Virus record (IMG/VR): IMGVR_UViG_3300018080_000115
Location: 12,695-76,694 of that record
DNA length: 64,000 nucleotides
Direction: 5' to 3' (one strand)
From: a virus
Made by a program: the position numbers and the translations under genes. Positions 9,288-18,844 of this stretch are shown here, one piece after another. Position 1 is the stretch's first letter; each line of letters starts with the position of its first letter. A model generated the notes under the pieces. It made no database searches. It was not told the DNA's origin and saw only the letters and a program-made list of their open reading frames with translations.

Positions 9288-9944
9288 ATGAGCCTCAAAG
9301 AAGAGACGAAAAAGAGTCTTCCGAAAATCAACCACAACACAAACAAACTCACCGTATATGAAACACTGTTCAACGGCGGCGCATGCGTCGAAGACCAACA
9401 AGTCGGCTTATGGCTTCTCAAAGACAAAAAGATGAATCCGATTGCATGGATCGACGAAGCAAGAAAAGAACCAGACGACATCACAAAACCTCTTCCGCCG
9501 CCATGCAAACTCATCGAAAGCCTTGAAGAATTTCTTGACGGTCAAGGAAGACTGCTTGTGCATCTTCCAATCGAAACCTGGATTGAAATGTCCAAAGAAA
9601 CGGCGCGTACATTCGTCAGAAAAGCAAAGCGCATTCATTATAATCTGCATGCCAAACATTATAATCTGCATACCAAAATCGAACAGCTTCCGCCGCCCGA
9701 TTCCAATTACGATCTGAGCTGCATCGAAATCCGAATTACACTTGCCATCAGAATCAACCCCATCATAGAACGCGAAACATACCAAGTGCGTTGCTATCGA
9801 ATTCGACCAATCGAAAGAGAAAATCCGTTTCTGATGACATTGCTTCCAATTCCAGGCTCAAACATGAAGTCCATCACGGCACACTGGTCACAGCAAGTAG
9901 AACAGCTCTATGAATGGAAACGATATTATCCATCCAAAGCATAG
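9288..9944 (+). CDS. Hypothetical protein, ETLFNGG family member 1
   Basis: YETLFNGG..PF..P..HW shared with 10372 and 24697. Confidence 0.7.
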   Translation: MSLKEETKKSLPKINHNTNKLTVYETLFNGGACVEDQQVGLWLLKDKKMNPIAWIDEARKEPDDITKPLPPPCKLIESLEEFLDGQGRLLVHLPIETWIEMSKETARTFVRKAKRIHYNLHAKHYNLHTKIEQLPPPDSNYDLSCIEIRITLAIRINPIIERETYQVRCYRIRPIERENPFLMTLLPIPGSNMKSITAHWSQQVEQLYEWKRYYPSKA

Positions 9945-10068
9945 GCCATCTTAAAGAAACCTCATGATCCCGATCACCACCACAGCCCGTTTTTTTCAGC
10001 ACCTCGAAAAGGAACCAGTGCCGAAACAAGCAGACTGAAACTCAACACTGAAAGAGGAGAAAGCCGAA

Positions 10069-10254
10069 ATGCCGACTACAACAACCCCAAAATGTGCATG
10101 GTGCGACAAGAACGACAACGTTCCCGCCACACGCAAAGTCACCGGACGCTTCCGCCTGACCACAGGCAAGAAAACATTCCACCTCTGCGACGAACACGCA
10201 CAGGAAGCCGAAGACCGCGTCATGTTCGTGGTCAGCTCCAACGAAGCAGTCTGA
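10069..10254 (+). CDS. Small zinc-finger protein
   Basis: AGAGGAG SD; CAWC..HLCDEH. Confidence 0.6.
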   Translation: MPTTTTPKCAWCDKNDNVPATRKVTGRFRLTTGKKTFHLCDEHAQEAEDRVMFVVSSNEAV

Positions 10255-10307
10255 TCATCAACCGGCTTCTGCAAGCGTCACAGATTGTCAAAATTTTTAT
10301 AAAAGCC

Positions 10308-10336
10308 TTGACAATCTGTGACGCGCACCGTACAAT
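10308..10336 (+). promoter_or_regulatory. sigma70-type promoter
   Basis: TTGACA-ATCTGT..N17-TACAAT; CAGATTGTCAA/TTGACAATCTG inverted repeat 10281-10318. Confidence 0.8.
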
Positions 10337-10371
10337 CAGAGTCAAGAATGATCAAGAAAGGACAGACCAAC

Positions 10372-10965
10372 ATGCCGCAAACCACAACCGCCGACACCGA
10401 AAAGATGATCACAGAAAAGATTCTATTTCCTGTACTTGTTCTTGAAACGCTTTTCAACGGCGGATTCGTCTCCAATGAAAACGACACGGTTGAAGAACCG
10501 CAGTTTTTTCTGTTGGACAAAGACAAGAACAAAATCGTCCCAATCCCATTCGAAAAAACAAACGACAAGATTTTCTTCAGATGGCTATATTCGAATGTTC
10601 TTGTCGTAACAGATTCTCCCACTCTGCTCCAAATGCGCGTCTACATCACGGACACGACATGGATGAGCATCGCCCAACACATGACAGATGCATTCGAACG
10701 TCTTGTGTCCTTCAACAACGAATGCCACCACATTGACATCGAACAGCTCTGCAACAACGCAATGCAGGAAGTTCGAATCACAACGGCCTCATATATCGCC
10801 GGTTCCTGTCCACACCCGATCATTCGGCGATACAAGGTGTTTCCGTCCGAACGTCATCCTCAAGGACCATTCGCTATGACCAGTGTTCCGCACCCCGGTT
10901 CGAACAAAGAAGCCGAACACATGCACTGGAAGGAAGTCGTGAACACAATCACAGGCGAAGAATGA
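10372..10965 (+). CDS. Hypothetical protein, ETLFNGG family member 2
   Basis: AAAGGACAGACC leader; LETLFNGG. Confidence 0.7.
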   Translation: MPQTTTADTEKMITEKILFPVLVLETLFNGGFVSNENDTVEEPQFFLLDKDKNKIVPIPFEKTNDKIFFRWLYSNVLVVTDSPTLLQMRVYITDTTWMSIAQHMTDAFERLVSFNNECHHIDIEQLCNNAMQEVRITTASYIAGSCPHPIIRRYKVFPSERHPQGPFAMTSVPHPGSNKEAEHMHWKEVVNTITGEE

Positions 10966-11186
10966 AGAAAGAAAATCAAAGCGAACGTCGAGTCAACCTC
11001 AAGCGGATTCTCGAAGATCCCGACCAGCGCAGAAAGCTGATGGTCACAACCATCATCGCAACACAAGCGCGTGAAGGAATCACAACGACCAGAGAACAAG
11101 CCGAAGCCGCTTATGATGCTGTCCAAACCCAGGAGAGACGGACGAAATCAAAACCGCCCATTGGAAGGATATCGTTGCCGAACTGA
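10962..11186 (+). CDS. Hypothetical protein
   Basis: ATGA overlap with the upstream gene. Confidence 0.6.
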   Translation: MKKENQSERRVNLKRILEDPDQRRKLMVTTIIATQAREGITTTREQAEAAYDAVQTQERRTKSKPPIGRISLPN

Positions 11187-11199
11187 AAGAAGAAAGCCG

Positions 11200-11490
11200 A
11201 TGAGGAAATATCGAGAAGTCTGCGACATCTGCCGGAAGAGATCAAAAGGGCTCAAGACTCTTCCGCTTCGAATGGATAACAGCCATCAAGTCTCGGAAGG
11301 TTTTGTCGTCTGCATGGAATGCAGAAAAGACCTTCCGCCCGAATTCCAAAACAGACTCGTACGCACCGAAACCACGCATCAAGATCATCTGGACGCAATG
11401 GCGAAGCCGAAAAACGAAGTGTTGGCCGAAGCATTGAAGCTTCTCGGCAAAATGAACATTCAGCTCAGCAAAAAACGAAAAAAGTCTTGA
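11200..11490 (+). CDS. Zinc-finger protein, tandem paralogue A
   Basis: VCDICR..VCMECR.DLP.EFQN. Confidence 0.7.
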   Translation: MRKYREVCDICRKRSKGLKTLPLRMDNSHQVSEGFVVCMECRKDLPPEFQNRLVRTETTHQDHLDAMAKPKNEVLAEALKLLGKMNIQLSKKRKKS

Positions 11491-11515
11491 CAATTTGTAA
11501 CAAGTCAAGTACAAT
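11487..11515 (+). promoter_or_regulatory. sigma70-type promoter; -35 overlaps the upstream TGA stop
   Basis: TTGACA-N17-TACAAT. Confidence 0.8.
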
Positions 11516-11563
11516 CATGATCAAGACTGCAAGACCGAACAAGAGCAAGAAGAGACAGAGAAG

Positions 11564-11878
11564 ATGGAAAAACAAACCAGAATCGTCTGCGACATCTGCC
11601 GCCGAAACAGCGATGATTTGGAGCCGCTTCCAATCAGGCAGCCGCATGGAAGCACGTCAAAGGATCTTCTGATGTGTCCCGAATGCAAAGCGAATCTGCC
11701 CACACCGTTTCAAAATGAAATCGACGATGCGGACAACAGACCGTCCAAAACCGCAAAACAGCTGCTCACGAACGCCCTGAGAATCTTGTGTCGCTTCAAC
11801 AGCAAATTCAGCGGAATACAGGACGAACGCAGCGACTACAGAAACTCTCGTCATCGATGGGACCCCCCAAAAACTTGA
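11564..11878 (+). CDS. Zinc-finger protein, tandem paralogue B
   Basis: VCDICR..MCPECK.NLP.PFQN. Confidence 0.7.
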   Translation: MEKQTRIVCDICRRNSDDLEPLPIRQPHGSTSKDLLMCPECKANLPTPFQNEIDDADNRPSKTAKQLLTNALRILCRFNSKFSGIQDERSDYRNSRHRWDPPKT

Positions 11879-11948
11879 CAACCCGAATACAAAGCGCCAC
11901 ACTGAAAGAAGATGCACACCATGAACAACAACAGAATACAACATCAAA

Positions 11949-12543
11949 CAGCCGAAAGAGAGGCAGAAGATGAAGCGAGCGCCGCCCTAGATCCAAGCAA
12001 TACGAACGTGAGGATAATGCGGTAGAAGCAGAAGGCTCGGCAATCATGAACGAAAGCGATGTCATGAAAAAGTGCAAAAGTGAAAAACATGTACTAACGA
12101 TGTACAAGGTTGACACGCTGAACAGTGAGGAGCCAAGCCGACCTAGAGGCACGTGTTCAGGAAATAGGATGAGACCTCGGTTATTTCCAAACACACATCT
12201 TGAATGAACCATGTTGACGGTTCGCTATCACGAACACTTGCCTCAAAACAAAGCCCGGTCTGAAAGAACAGAAAAGAAAGAAGCGGAACGAGCGCGGCCG
12301 ACAAAACACCAGAAACGAAGCAAGGCCGCAGCCGCGAAAACCCTAACGTAAGAAGTCACAATGCAGCCAGAGAGGCAGAAGATGACAAGAGCACCGCCCT
12401 GAACAGAAAATGTATACATGAGCGAAATTGAATAGATAGAAGAAGTACAGGCATGGAAGACTCAGATGCAGATAAAAGATAGAAAGCAAATGACGAGTTT
12501 AAGAAGCAAGCCGAAAGACTAGGATGAGACTACGGTCATTTCC
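11949..12543 (+). repeat. Two diverged direct repeats (11949-12188, 12364-12543) in a gene-poor region
   Basis: Shared 5' GAGAGGCAGAAGATGA..GAGC.CCGCCCT and 3' TAGGATGAGAC..CGGT.ATTTCC. Confidence 0.7.
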
Positions 12544-13590
12544 GCCCTTCAAGAAAAAACATCATAAGGCTTCTTCATTCCATGCAGCGACCGACATCAC
12601 AATACGATAAAAAGATGATGTTCGGCGCTTTTGAGAGACTGAGTTAAAAAAAACCGGGACAGCCGCGACAAAAACCACAACCAAAAAGAAAGCGGAACCC
12701 AATGCTGAATTTAGAGAACAACAAAGGAGCAGTGCGAATCAGATCGCCTACCTGAACACCCAACACAAGGAAACAAGTCGAGCCAATTCGGAAACAAGTA
12801 ATTGACTGGAGAAACGCGAACAAACACAATCTTGCCATCGTGAAACAGCAGAGCGTCTTCGGACGCTCTGTTGCTTTTCAAGAACAAAGCAAAACCGCAA
12901 CAAACAAACAATTCCTCCCCCCCTCCCTGGCACACCGCAGAATTGAAGCATCGGCGCAAAAACAATGACGGCAAAACCACGCCCGACCAACAAAGACAAA
13001 AACAGGAAGATAAACCTCAGCCGGAAAAAGCAATACACAAAAATAATGACGACAGACAACTCACAAAACTGGAACCAATGGCAGAAAGAATGGAACGAAA
13101 TCGACGCCCAATGGCTCAATCCGTTCGAATACCAATGGCTCGATCCGTTCGAACAATGGGGATACACAAAGCTAAACACAACAGCCGCAAAACCACCGCA
13201 AAATACAAAACAGCAACCCCTCGAAACCATACATGAACCCAAAATCAAAACGTATCCCTTCAACGCCTTCAACGCCATAGAACCGTCACTCATAGCTGAG
13301 CACGACAAACAATACAAACAATACGGCAATACGACGGAACCACACAGCACGGCAATGCAGACAGCACGGTAGCGTGAACAGCACGCATAGATAAGTCTCT
13401 TTCCTCAAACAAAAGACAAACTAGAGATATGACTATTTAGTGATGCTTAATATAACCTTCAAAAAAATGGCGCGGTCATACTTGCCGTCTCTTAGGTACA
13501 TTGAAAAAACTTTCATTAGTCAGATGGTTTTTTGACGAATTTGCAGGGGCTCGAAAACATATTTGTACAAACTCGAAAGGAACATGAGAC

Positions 13591-13902
13591 ATGCCGAACA
13601 TCATACTCGGATTCAGCGGATCGGACGATCTGGTCAACAGGCTGCTCGACGAAGAGAGCGCGATGCAGAAGTGGCTCAAGAAGGAGGGCATTGAGCGCGT
13701 CGAGACGGGGCTAGGATACAGCGAGCGCAACAAGGCTTGGTATGGTTGGAGCCACAGGGCATGGAACAAGTTCCGTGTCAGCGACGTGGTGAAAGAAGGC
13801 GACGTGGTTGTGGACGACGGAGGTATCAAACCAGGGTACAAGGTGAAGAACCTGAAGGACGCCGAACGGCTGGCGAGAATCTTTGCACAGGCGGTGTCGT
13901 GA
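13591..13902 (+). CDS. Hypothetical phage protein (WYGWSHRA motif)
   Basis: GAAAGGA SD; KAWYGWSHRA. Confidence 0.7.
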   Translation: MPNIILGFSGSDDLVNRLLDEESAMQKWLKKEGIERVETGLGYSERNKAWYGWSHRAWNKFRVSDVVKEGDVVVDDGGIKPGYKVKNLKDAERLARIFAQAVS

Positions 13903-14468
13903 TGAGTGATAAACCATTGACGTTAGAGAAGAAATCTCGTCTGCGCAGCGTGTTGGAGCGCGTCAAGGACAAGCTTGCGGGCGCTGGAGACGAGCGGGAC
14001 GCCGTTGAGAAAGCTTCTGATGCGACTGTTGTTGATGAAGCGAAAAAAGCCAGGAGACGTCAAGCATTTGCACGTGATTTGGACGACGTGAATGAGGCTA
14101 CGAAAAAGAACCATCGGCAATTGATCGCCTTGGACCTTGACGGGGTCGTAAACGAGTACAAGGGGTGGAACAAGGATAACGGGGAGATCAGTCCTTTGAA
14201 GGGCGTTGCGCGTGCGATAGAGCGGTTTCGTGAAGCGGGCTTCAGCGTCTGCATTTTCACTGCGCGGACGAACATCCACACGGTGCAGCGTCTGCTGAGG
14301 GAACAGGGGATTCGGATCACCGTGCATCACGAGAAGCCGCCCGCTGCGATCTACGTTGACGATCGCGGGTTCCGTTTTGAGGGGAGATGGGACGATGTAA
14401 CGGTGGAGCGAGTGATTCGGATGGCGAAGGAGGGTCCTTGGTGGGAGCAGGGCGACAAAAACGACTGA
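13902..14468 (+). CDS. HAD-superfamily phosphatase
   Basis: LIALDLDGVV (DxD motif I), IFTAR, IYVDDR. Confidence 0.8.
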   Translation: MSDKPLTLEKKSRLRSVLERVKDKLAGAGDERDAVEKASDATVVDEAKKARRRQAFARDLDDVNEATKKNHRQLIALDLDGVVNEYKGWNKDNGEISPLKGVARAIERFREAGFSVCIFTARTNIHTVQRLLREQGIRITVHHEKPPAAIYVDDRGFRFEGRWDDVTVERVIRMAKEGPWWEQGDKND

Positions 14469-14492
14469 ACGTTTGTATAGAAACTCTTTGTA

Positions 14493-14525
14493 GCGCCGGT
14501 TCTTCGCGGAATCGGCGTTTTTTTG
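14493..14525 (+). terminator. Intrinsic terminator
   Basis: CGCCGGTTC-TTCGCG-GAATCGGCG followed by a T-run. Confidence 0.75.
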
Positions 14526-14841
14526 TGCAATCACTGTGCGGTGATATATGAGATTTCAACGTGTTGTAATCGTTGGCGTTTTATGGCATGCATGTAAAAC
14601 CGAGTTTTTGTGCAACTACCAACAAAGAATATATACGGCATTTATGCATGGTTTGCACGGTTTTGCACGGGATTAATTACTAGATTAAAAACTTGATTAA
14701 GATGCCGTGTCCGCATCGCCGACGCATCGCAGGACGCCGTTGTGGATAATCGATCATCAGCCGCTCATGCTGTATGCTCTCTATTGAGAACAGGCGCGAT
14801 GCCTTCGATGCGGAACGGATTGAATGAACGGAGAAAAAGCC

Positions 14842-15213
14842 ATGAACGTCAAGGAGTTATGCGACAAGCTGGTCAAGGTGATGAACCGCCATGCCTATCG
14901 AATGCGTTTGAATCACGCCCGTATTGAGGGAGTTATGCCGAGATGGACGCGGTGGGAAAGGCAAGACGACATTTATATCGACGTCGAGTTCATCGGCGGC
15001 GTGAACGGCGAAATCATGAGCATCGCTTGTCTGTACAGTCCCGCCGAACCTCATCCGCGTTTCGAAAGCAGCGGGAACTTCCGTGCAACAATTGAAGCCT
15101 TCACGGACGTCGTCAAGATCGTTCGACACTGTCAACCTGAATTGGAAGCGGTCAATATGGCCGCGTTCTTCGAAATGAAGCCGTGGATGAGAAACCTCAC
15201 GCTTAACTGCTGA
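14842..15213 (+). CDS. Hypothetical protein
   Basis: GGAG SD; no motif recognised. Confidence 0.6.
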   Translation: MNVKELCDKLVKVMNRHAYRMRLNHARIEGVMPRWTRWERQDDIYIDVEFIGGVNGEIMSIACLYSPAEPHPRFESSGNFRATIEAFTDVVKIVRHCQPELEAVNMAAFFEMKPWMRNLTLNC

Positions 15214-15216
15214 ACG

Positions 15217-17628
15217 TCATTCATTTCCACAGCTTGTGCTTCCTGCTCTTCTTCTGTCGTGTTCAAGAGCCATTTCAAACAATCTGCGGGCATGTGGAAA
15301 AATCAATTGACATTCCGCGCACACAAAGGTCGTGCCACGATCGGGGCAATTTATGCATATAGCATTATTCCTTGTAAACAGCGAAATTAATCTTTCTACA
15401 TTTTGATCTCGTGTCTCTTCAGCCCGTATTTCAAATCTTCTTCCGATGTTGTTCAACGGATAGTGAGTACAAAAATCACAATACAAATAACCACTGTCGA
15501 TCAACGGCATCCCGCGATTAGGGCATGACCGGCAATGTCCATTGGCATCCATTTCTATTCTGCTGCATGCAGCAAAAAAACGATTACAGGAAGCACAATA
15601 CGAATTGCCGTCGATATCATATGCGCCACGCAGATCACACAACCGACAATGTTCGTGCATCGTGACGCAAACATCTCTTACGAGATCCGGACGCAAAAAT
15701 GATCTAAGATCAAACTCATCCGGACCAGGAACAGGAATTGAAGAAGAGGGAGCATTCGACGATTCCAGTTCATTCGGCGAGCAATGAAGGTTCGGATTAT
15801 CAGGACATGCATCGCAGTATGCGATTCCGCTGACAGGAGCATGTTGATCACGATCACGACATGACCGGCATCTCTCAGGAACCTCTTCTTCACGTTCAGA
15901 TTCAACCGTTGTTCTTCTTTGTGAATAATGAATGCAGTTGCTGCAACAGGCCAACGGAACAGTTGGTCCGGCATGCGGTTCATCCATCTGATAATCGGCG
16001 AAACGGCATGAATGGCACAGGTTTCTTGTGGTCACAGTCATATTCGAAGAAGGAACGTACCGATCGATTTCGATGAGACTGCGCATGGTAGCACAATTCA
16101 TACAGTACAATATGCTGTTTCTATTACGTGCGCCGCGAAGAGTGCACGCTGCACACTGTTCAGCTGCAGCCGCAAGTTCCAGCACGCTTCTCTCAATCGT
16201 CTGCCTTCGTTCCCGCAGCTGCACCGCTCTTCTGCTCCATTGACCTTCGGCTTCGTTTTCGTCGAACCCATCCATTCTTCTTTCAGTAAGAGACTGCTGC
16301 GGAACGGCTGCAGAAACGATTGATTCGGAATGATCCGAAGAACGATTCGCCCTCTGTCGCGGACCATTGGCATAGGTGAGCACGCTGCTCACGCGATCAC
16401 TGATCTTGCCGCCGTACTGCTCGACCGTCAGCCGGTGCCGCTTGCGGAGATCCTTGATGAATTGCTCAGTCTGGCCGCTGCGTCCCTTTCTCCGATCGGC
16501 CCGCAGGTATCCGAGAAGATGCGCGAATGTTCTGCCCATGCCGCCTTCATCCTTCGGCGCACGATGCCTCAGCATGATGCCGCCCATGAGTGCGCGATGG
16601 ATCAGCTTCTGATGGAGCCAGACCCATCGATGGATTTCGGCATGCTGGAACGTCCCATGAAGCTGACGGACTTCGATGGTGCCGCGACCATGATTGCGCA
16701 CTCCTGTCAAGTTCAGCTTGCAATACCGTTCGTTTTCCAACATGCGATCATCCATGCGTTCGACTTCGATCGCCCGCACGTCCCTCTTGGAGCCTTCGGG
16801 CGTGTTGATCCAATTCGACGTTACGCGCCGCGTGCTGCGACAATAGGTGTTGATCGACCGTCGACGATCCTTGGACACCAATGTGTCGAGCTGCGCCTCA
16901 TACTCCGCATAGACGTCGAAAACGCGCTTGATGGCGATGGACCGCTGATCATGGTTGAGCACATCCCAGCCGTTGTGGCCGGAACGCAACAGGATTTCGT
17001 TTTCCCGTCCCGGATTGACCTTCAGATTGACGTTGCGGAAGAAGCTTCTGACGCCGAAGTGGACATGCGTGCCGCATCGGTTGTTCTGCTTGCACTTCAG
17101 CTTCCTGAGCGCTTTGCACATGCGCTTGATGACTTCCAACCCATCCTGCCCATGCAGAATGGGACTGACCAGTTCCAGCCGTCCCACGTGGTTCCGAGCA
17201 TGGGTTCGCACGCTGGAGTCTTCCTTCAGCTTCCAAACTCCGTAATTGCCGTCAGCGTATTGATGATCCGAATAGTTTGCCGGTTTGACCCCCAACATGG
17301 CTTTTTGAGTCAGACGCTTGGCAAAGCGCATGCGATAGAGCAGATCTGCGTTTCCCAAACAACTGCTGTGCTCATGGACACGCATGTCAACATTGTCGTC
17401 ATCCGAGAAGATCCAAGTGAAGCCGCTCTCCTCTTCTTCAATTTCGACAATGCGATTACGCGGGTACTCGAATTCACGCGGACCCAAGAATTCGATTTCA
17501 ACGCCGAAGGTGATGTTTTCGCTGAAGTTCGACGTGTATGGATGCAGGTTGACCCTGATCGCATCCTCGCTGATCGTGCGGCCCGTGGTCATCAGCTTGC
17601 TGGTCTTGACTTGGATTTTGTCGCTCAT
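15217..17628 (-). CDS. Amidoligase paralogue 2 fused to a C-terminal region with six Cys4 repeats
   Basis: TFGVEIEF, ELVSPIL, CGTHVHFG, YCKLNL, GTIEVRQLHGT; then six CxxC-x(n)-CxxC units. Confidence 0.85.
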   Translation of the reverse strand: MSDKIQVKTSKLMTTGRTISEDAIRVNLHPYTSNFSENITFGVEIEFLGPREFEYPRNRIVEIEEEESGFTWIFSDDDNVDMRVHEHSSCLGNADLLYRMRFAKRLTQKAMLGVKPANYSDHQYADGNYGVWKLKEDSSVRTHARNHVGRLELVSPILHGQDGLEVIKRMCKALRKLKCKQNNRCGTHVHFGVRSFFRNVNLKVNPGRENEILLRSGHNGWDVLNHDQRSIAIKRVFDVYAEYEAQLDTLVSKDRRRSINTYCRSTRRVTSNWINTPEGSKRDVRAIEVERMDDRMLENERYCKLNLTGVRNHGRGTIEVRQLHGTFQHAEIHRWVWLHQKLIHRALMGGIMLRHRAPKDEGGMGRTFAHLLGYLRADRRKGRSGQTEQFIKDLRKRHRLTVEQYGGKISDRVSSVLTYANGPRQRANRSSDHSESIVSAAVPQQSLTERRMDGFDENEAEGQWSRRAVQLRERRQTIERSVLELAAAAEQCAACTLRGARNRNSILYCMNCATMRSLIEIDRYVPSSNMTVTTRNLCHSCRFADYQMDEPHAGPTVPLACCSNCIHYSQRRTTVESEREEEVPERCRSCRDRDQHAPVSGIAYCDACPDNPNLHCSPNELESSNAPSSSIPVPGPDEFDLRSFLRPDLVRDVCVTMHEHCRLCDLRGAYDIDGNSYCASCNRFFAACSRIEMDANGHCRSCPNRGMPLIDSGYLYCDFCTHYPLNNIGRRFEIRAEETRDQNVERLISLFTRNNAICINCPDRGTTFVCAECQLIFPHARRLFEMALEHDRRRAGSTSCGNE

Positions 17629-17686
17629 GATTCGTGTTGCCTTTCGGCAGTTATTGGTCTTGGTCTGTCCTTCGATCTTGACTTGT

Positions 17687-17715
17687 ATTGTACACAATGC
17701 GTTACAGATTGTCAA
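17687..17715 (-). promoter_or_regulatory. sigma70-type promoter
   Basis: TTGACA-ATCTGTAA..N17-TACAAT. Confidence 0.8.
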
Positions 17716-17911
17716 CCTTTTTTTAAAGAATCTGGTGCATTGTCAACATGTTGATTGAGCTGATCCAAACGGCGTCCCAACCGTGCGCAAAAAACCGATT
17801 TATTCTGCAACTACTGTTTAGTAATGTTTGATTGCGGACGCCGTTGATATTCCAATTGATTCGAGCATGCACAGAATCGCGTTTTTTCGTGCAATCGCTC
17901 ACGGGTAATAT

Positions 17912-17944
17912 AAAAAAGAAAGCGGCGCACCATTGCGCCGCTTT
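17912..17944 (-). terminator. Intrinsic terminator
   Basis: AAAGCGGCGCA-N4-TGCGCCGCTTT with a T-run on the - strand. Confidence 0.8.
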
Positions 17945-17989
17945 CCGACTGTTGACGGTCCCGACCAAAGGACCGACTTGGAGACAGTG

Positions 17990-18247
17990 TCAACTGATGT
18001 AGAACCTCCGCAGGTGATCCAGGCACGTGCTGTTGTCCATGGGATCGTTGCCGCTGTGCAGGACCATCAGCCTGCCGTCTTCGGTAGCCGCGATCATGAC
18101 GGCGAGTTCGACACCGCCGCCGCGCTTGACCCAAATGGAAGCCGTGGGAAACCGGGTTTCGACTCCATGGTTGTGCACTTCAATGTGTGTCCACATGGCC
18201 ATTCCGGAGCTGAGTCGGCTGATCGCTTCGTATCGCTTGTTGTTCAT
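17990..18247 (-). CDS. Hypothetical protein
   Basis: In operon downstream of amidoligase 3. Confidence 0.6.
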   Translation of the reverse strand: MNNKRYEAISRLSSGMAMWTHIEVHNHGVETRFPTASIWVKRGGGVELAVMIAATEDGRLMVLHSGNDPMDNSTCLDHLRRFYIS

Positions 18248-18811
18248 TTAGTCCTTCTTTTCGTCCATGGCGCGAAAACGTACATCATAATTGTGTTCGT
18301 ATTCGCTGCGATGTTCCTTCAATGCCTCATGAAACTTTTCACGCAGACGCGGGACCACTTCTTCAAAGCCGCGCCCGTTCAGATCTTCTTCCTCGCTCCA
18401 TTCCCAGTTAGTGCCGTCCCAAGCGATTCCGCCGACTCCAACGCCTTTGACGCGAAAATGATCGGGCAGGGAATCGAAGACCGCATCGTCCTCATCATAA
18501 GTGATGTATGTGCCGCTTCGATGCGGCATCATCGGATGCGTCGTATGCAGGATCAGCCAGACATGTTCGATGTTGTGCTTGTCGATTGCTCGCAGCGCAT
18601 CCTTCAGCGGACTGATCCCGATGTGATCGCAGAACGCCTTGATGCTGTCCTTGGCCGGTTCCATGTGCCCCTGCCTGTAGCAGTCGGGGTTGCCGACTTC
18701 TCCGCACACAGGGCATTCCGGGCAGTCGCATTCAGTCGTCTTGCAGTCGATCCTTCTGCCGCAGACTTCGCAGAATTCAGGACTGTCGAATTCGGGAGGA
18801 TAATCGTGCAT
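18248..18811 (-). CDS. Cys-rich hypothetical protein
   Basis: CEVC..CDCPECPVC..DC; abuts the next gene. Confidence 0.65.
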   Translation of the reverse strand: MHDYPPEFDSPEFCEVCGRRIDCKTTECDCPECPVCGEVGNPDCYRQGHMEPAKDSIKAFCDHIGISPLKDALRAIDKHNIEHVWLILHTTHPMMPHRSGTYITYDEDDAVFDSLPDHFRVKGVGVGGIAWDGTNWEWSEEEDLNGRGFEEVVPRLREKFHEALKEHRSEYEHNYDVRFRAMDEKKD

Positions 18812-18844
18812 TTTCCATTGTCCTTTTTCAGGTTAGAGCTGTTT

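Noticed and set aside
11949-12543. SAM-I, lysine riboswitch, T-box or twister ribozyme
   Set aside because: Only short superficial matches (AGAGAGGCAGA, AATGCAGCC); core motifs are absent
14647-14670. Additional sigma54 promoter (TTTGCACGGTTTTGCA)
   Set aside because: Lacks the invariant -24 GG and has no palindrome array nearby
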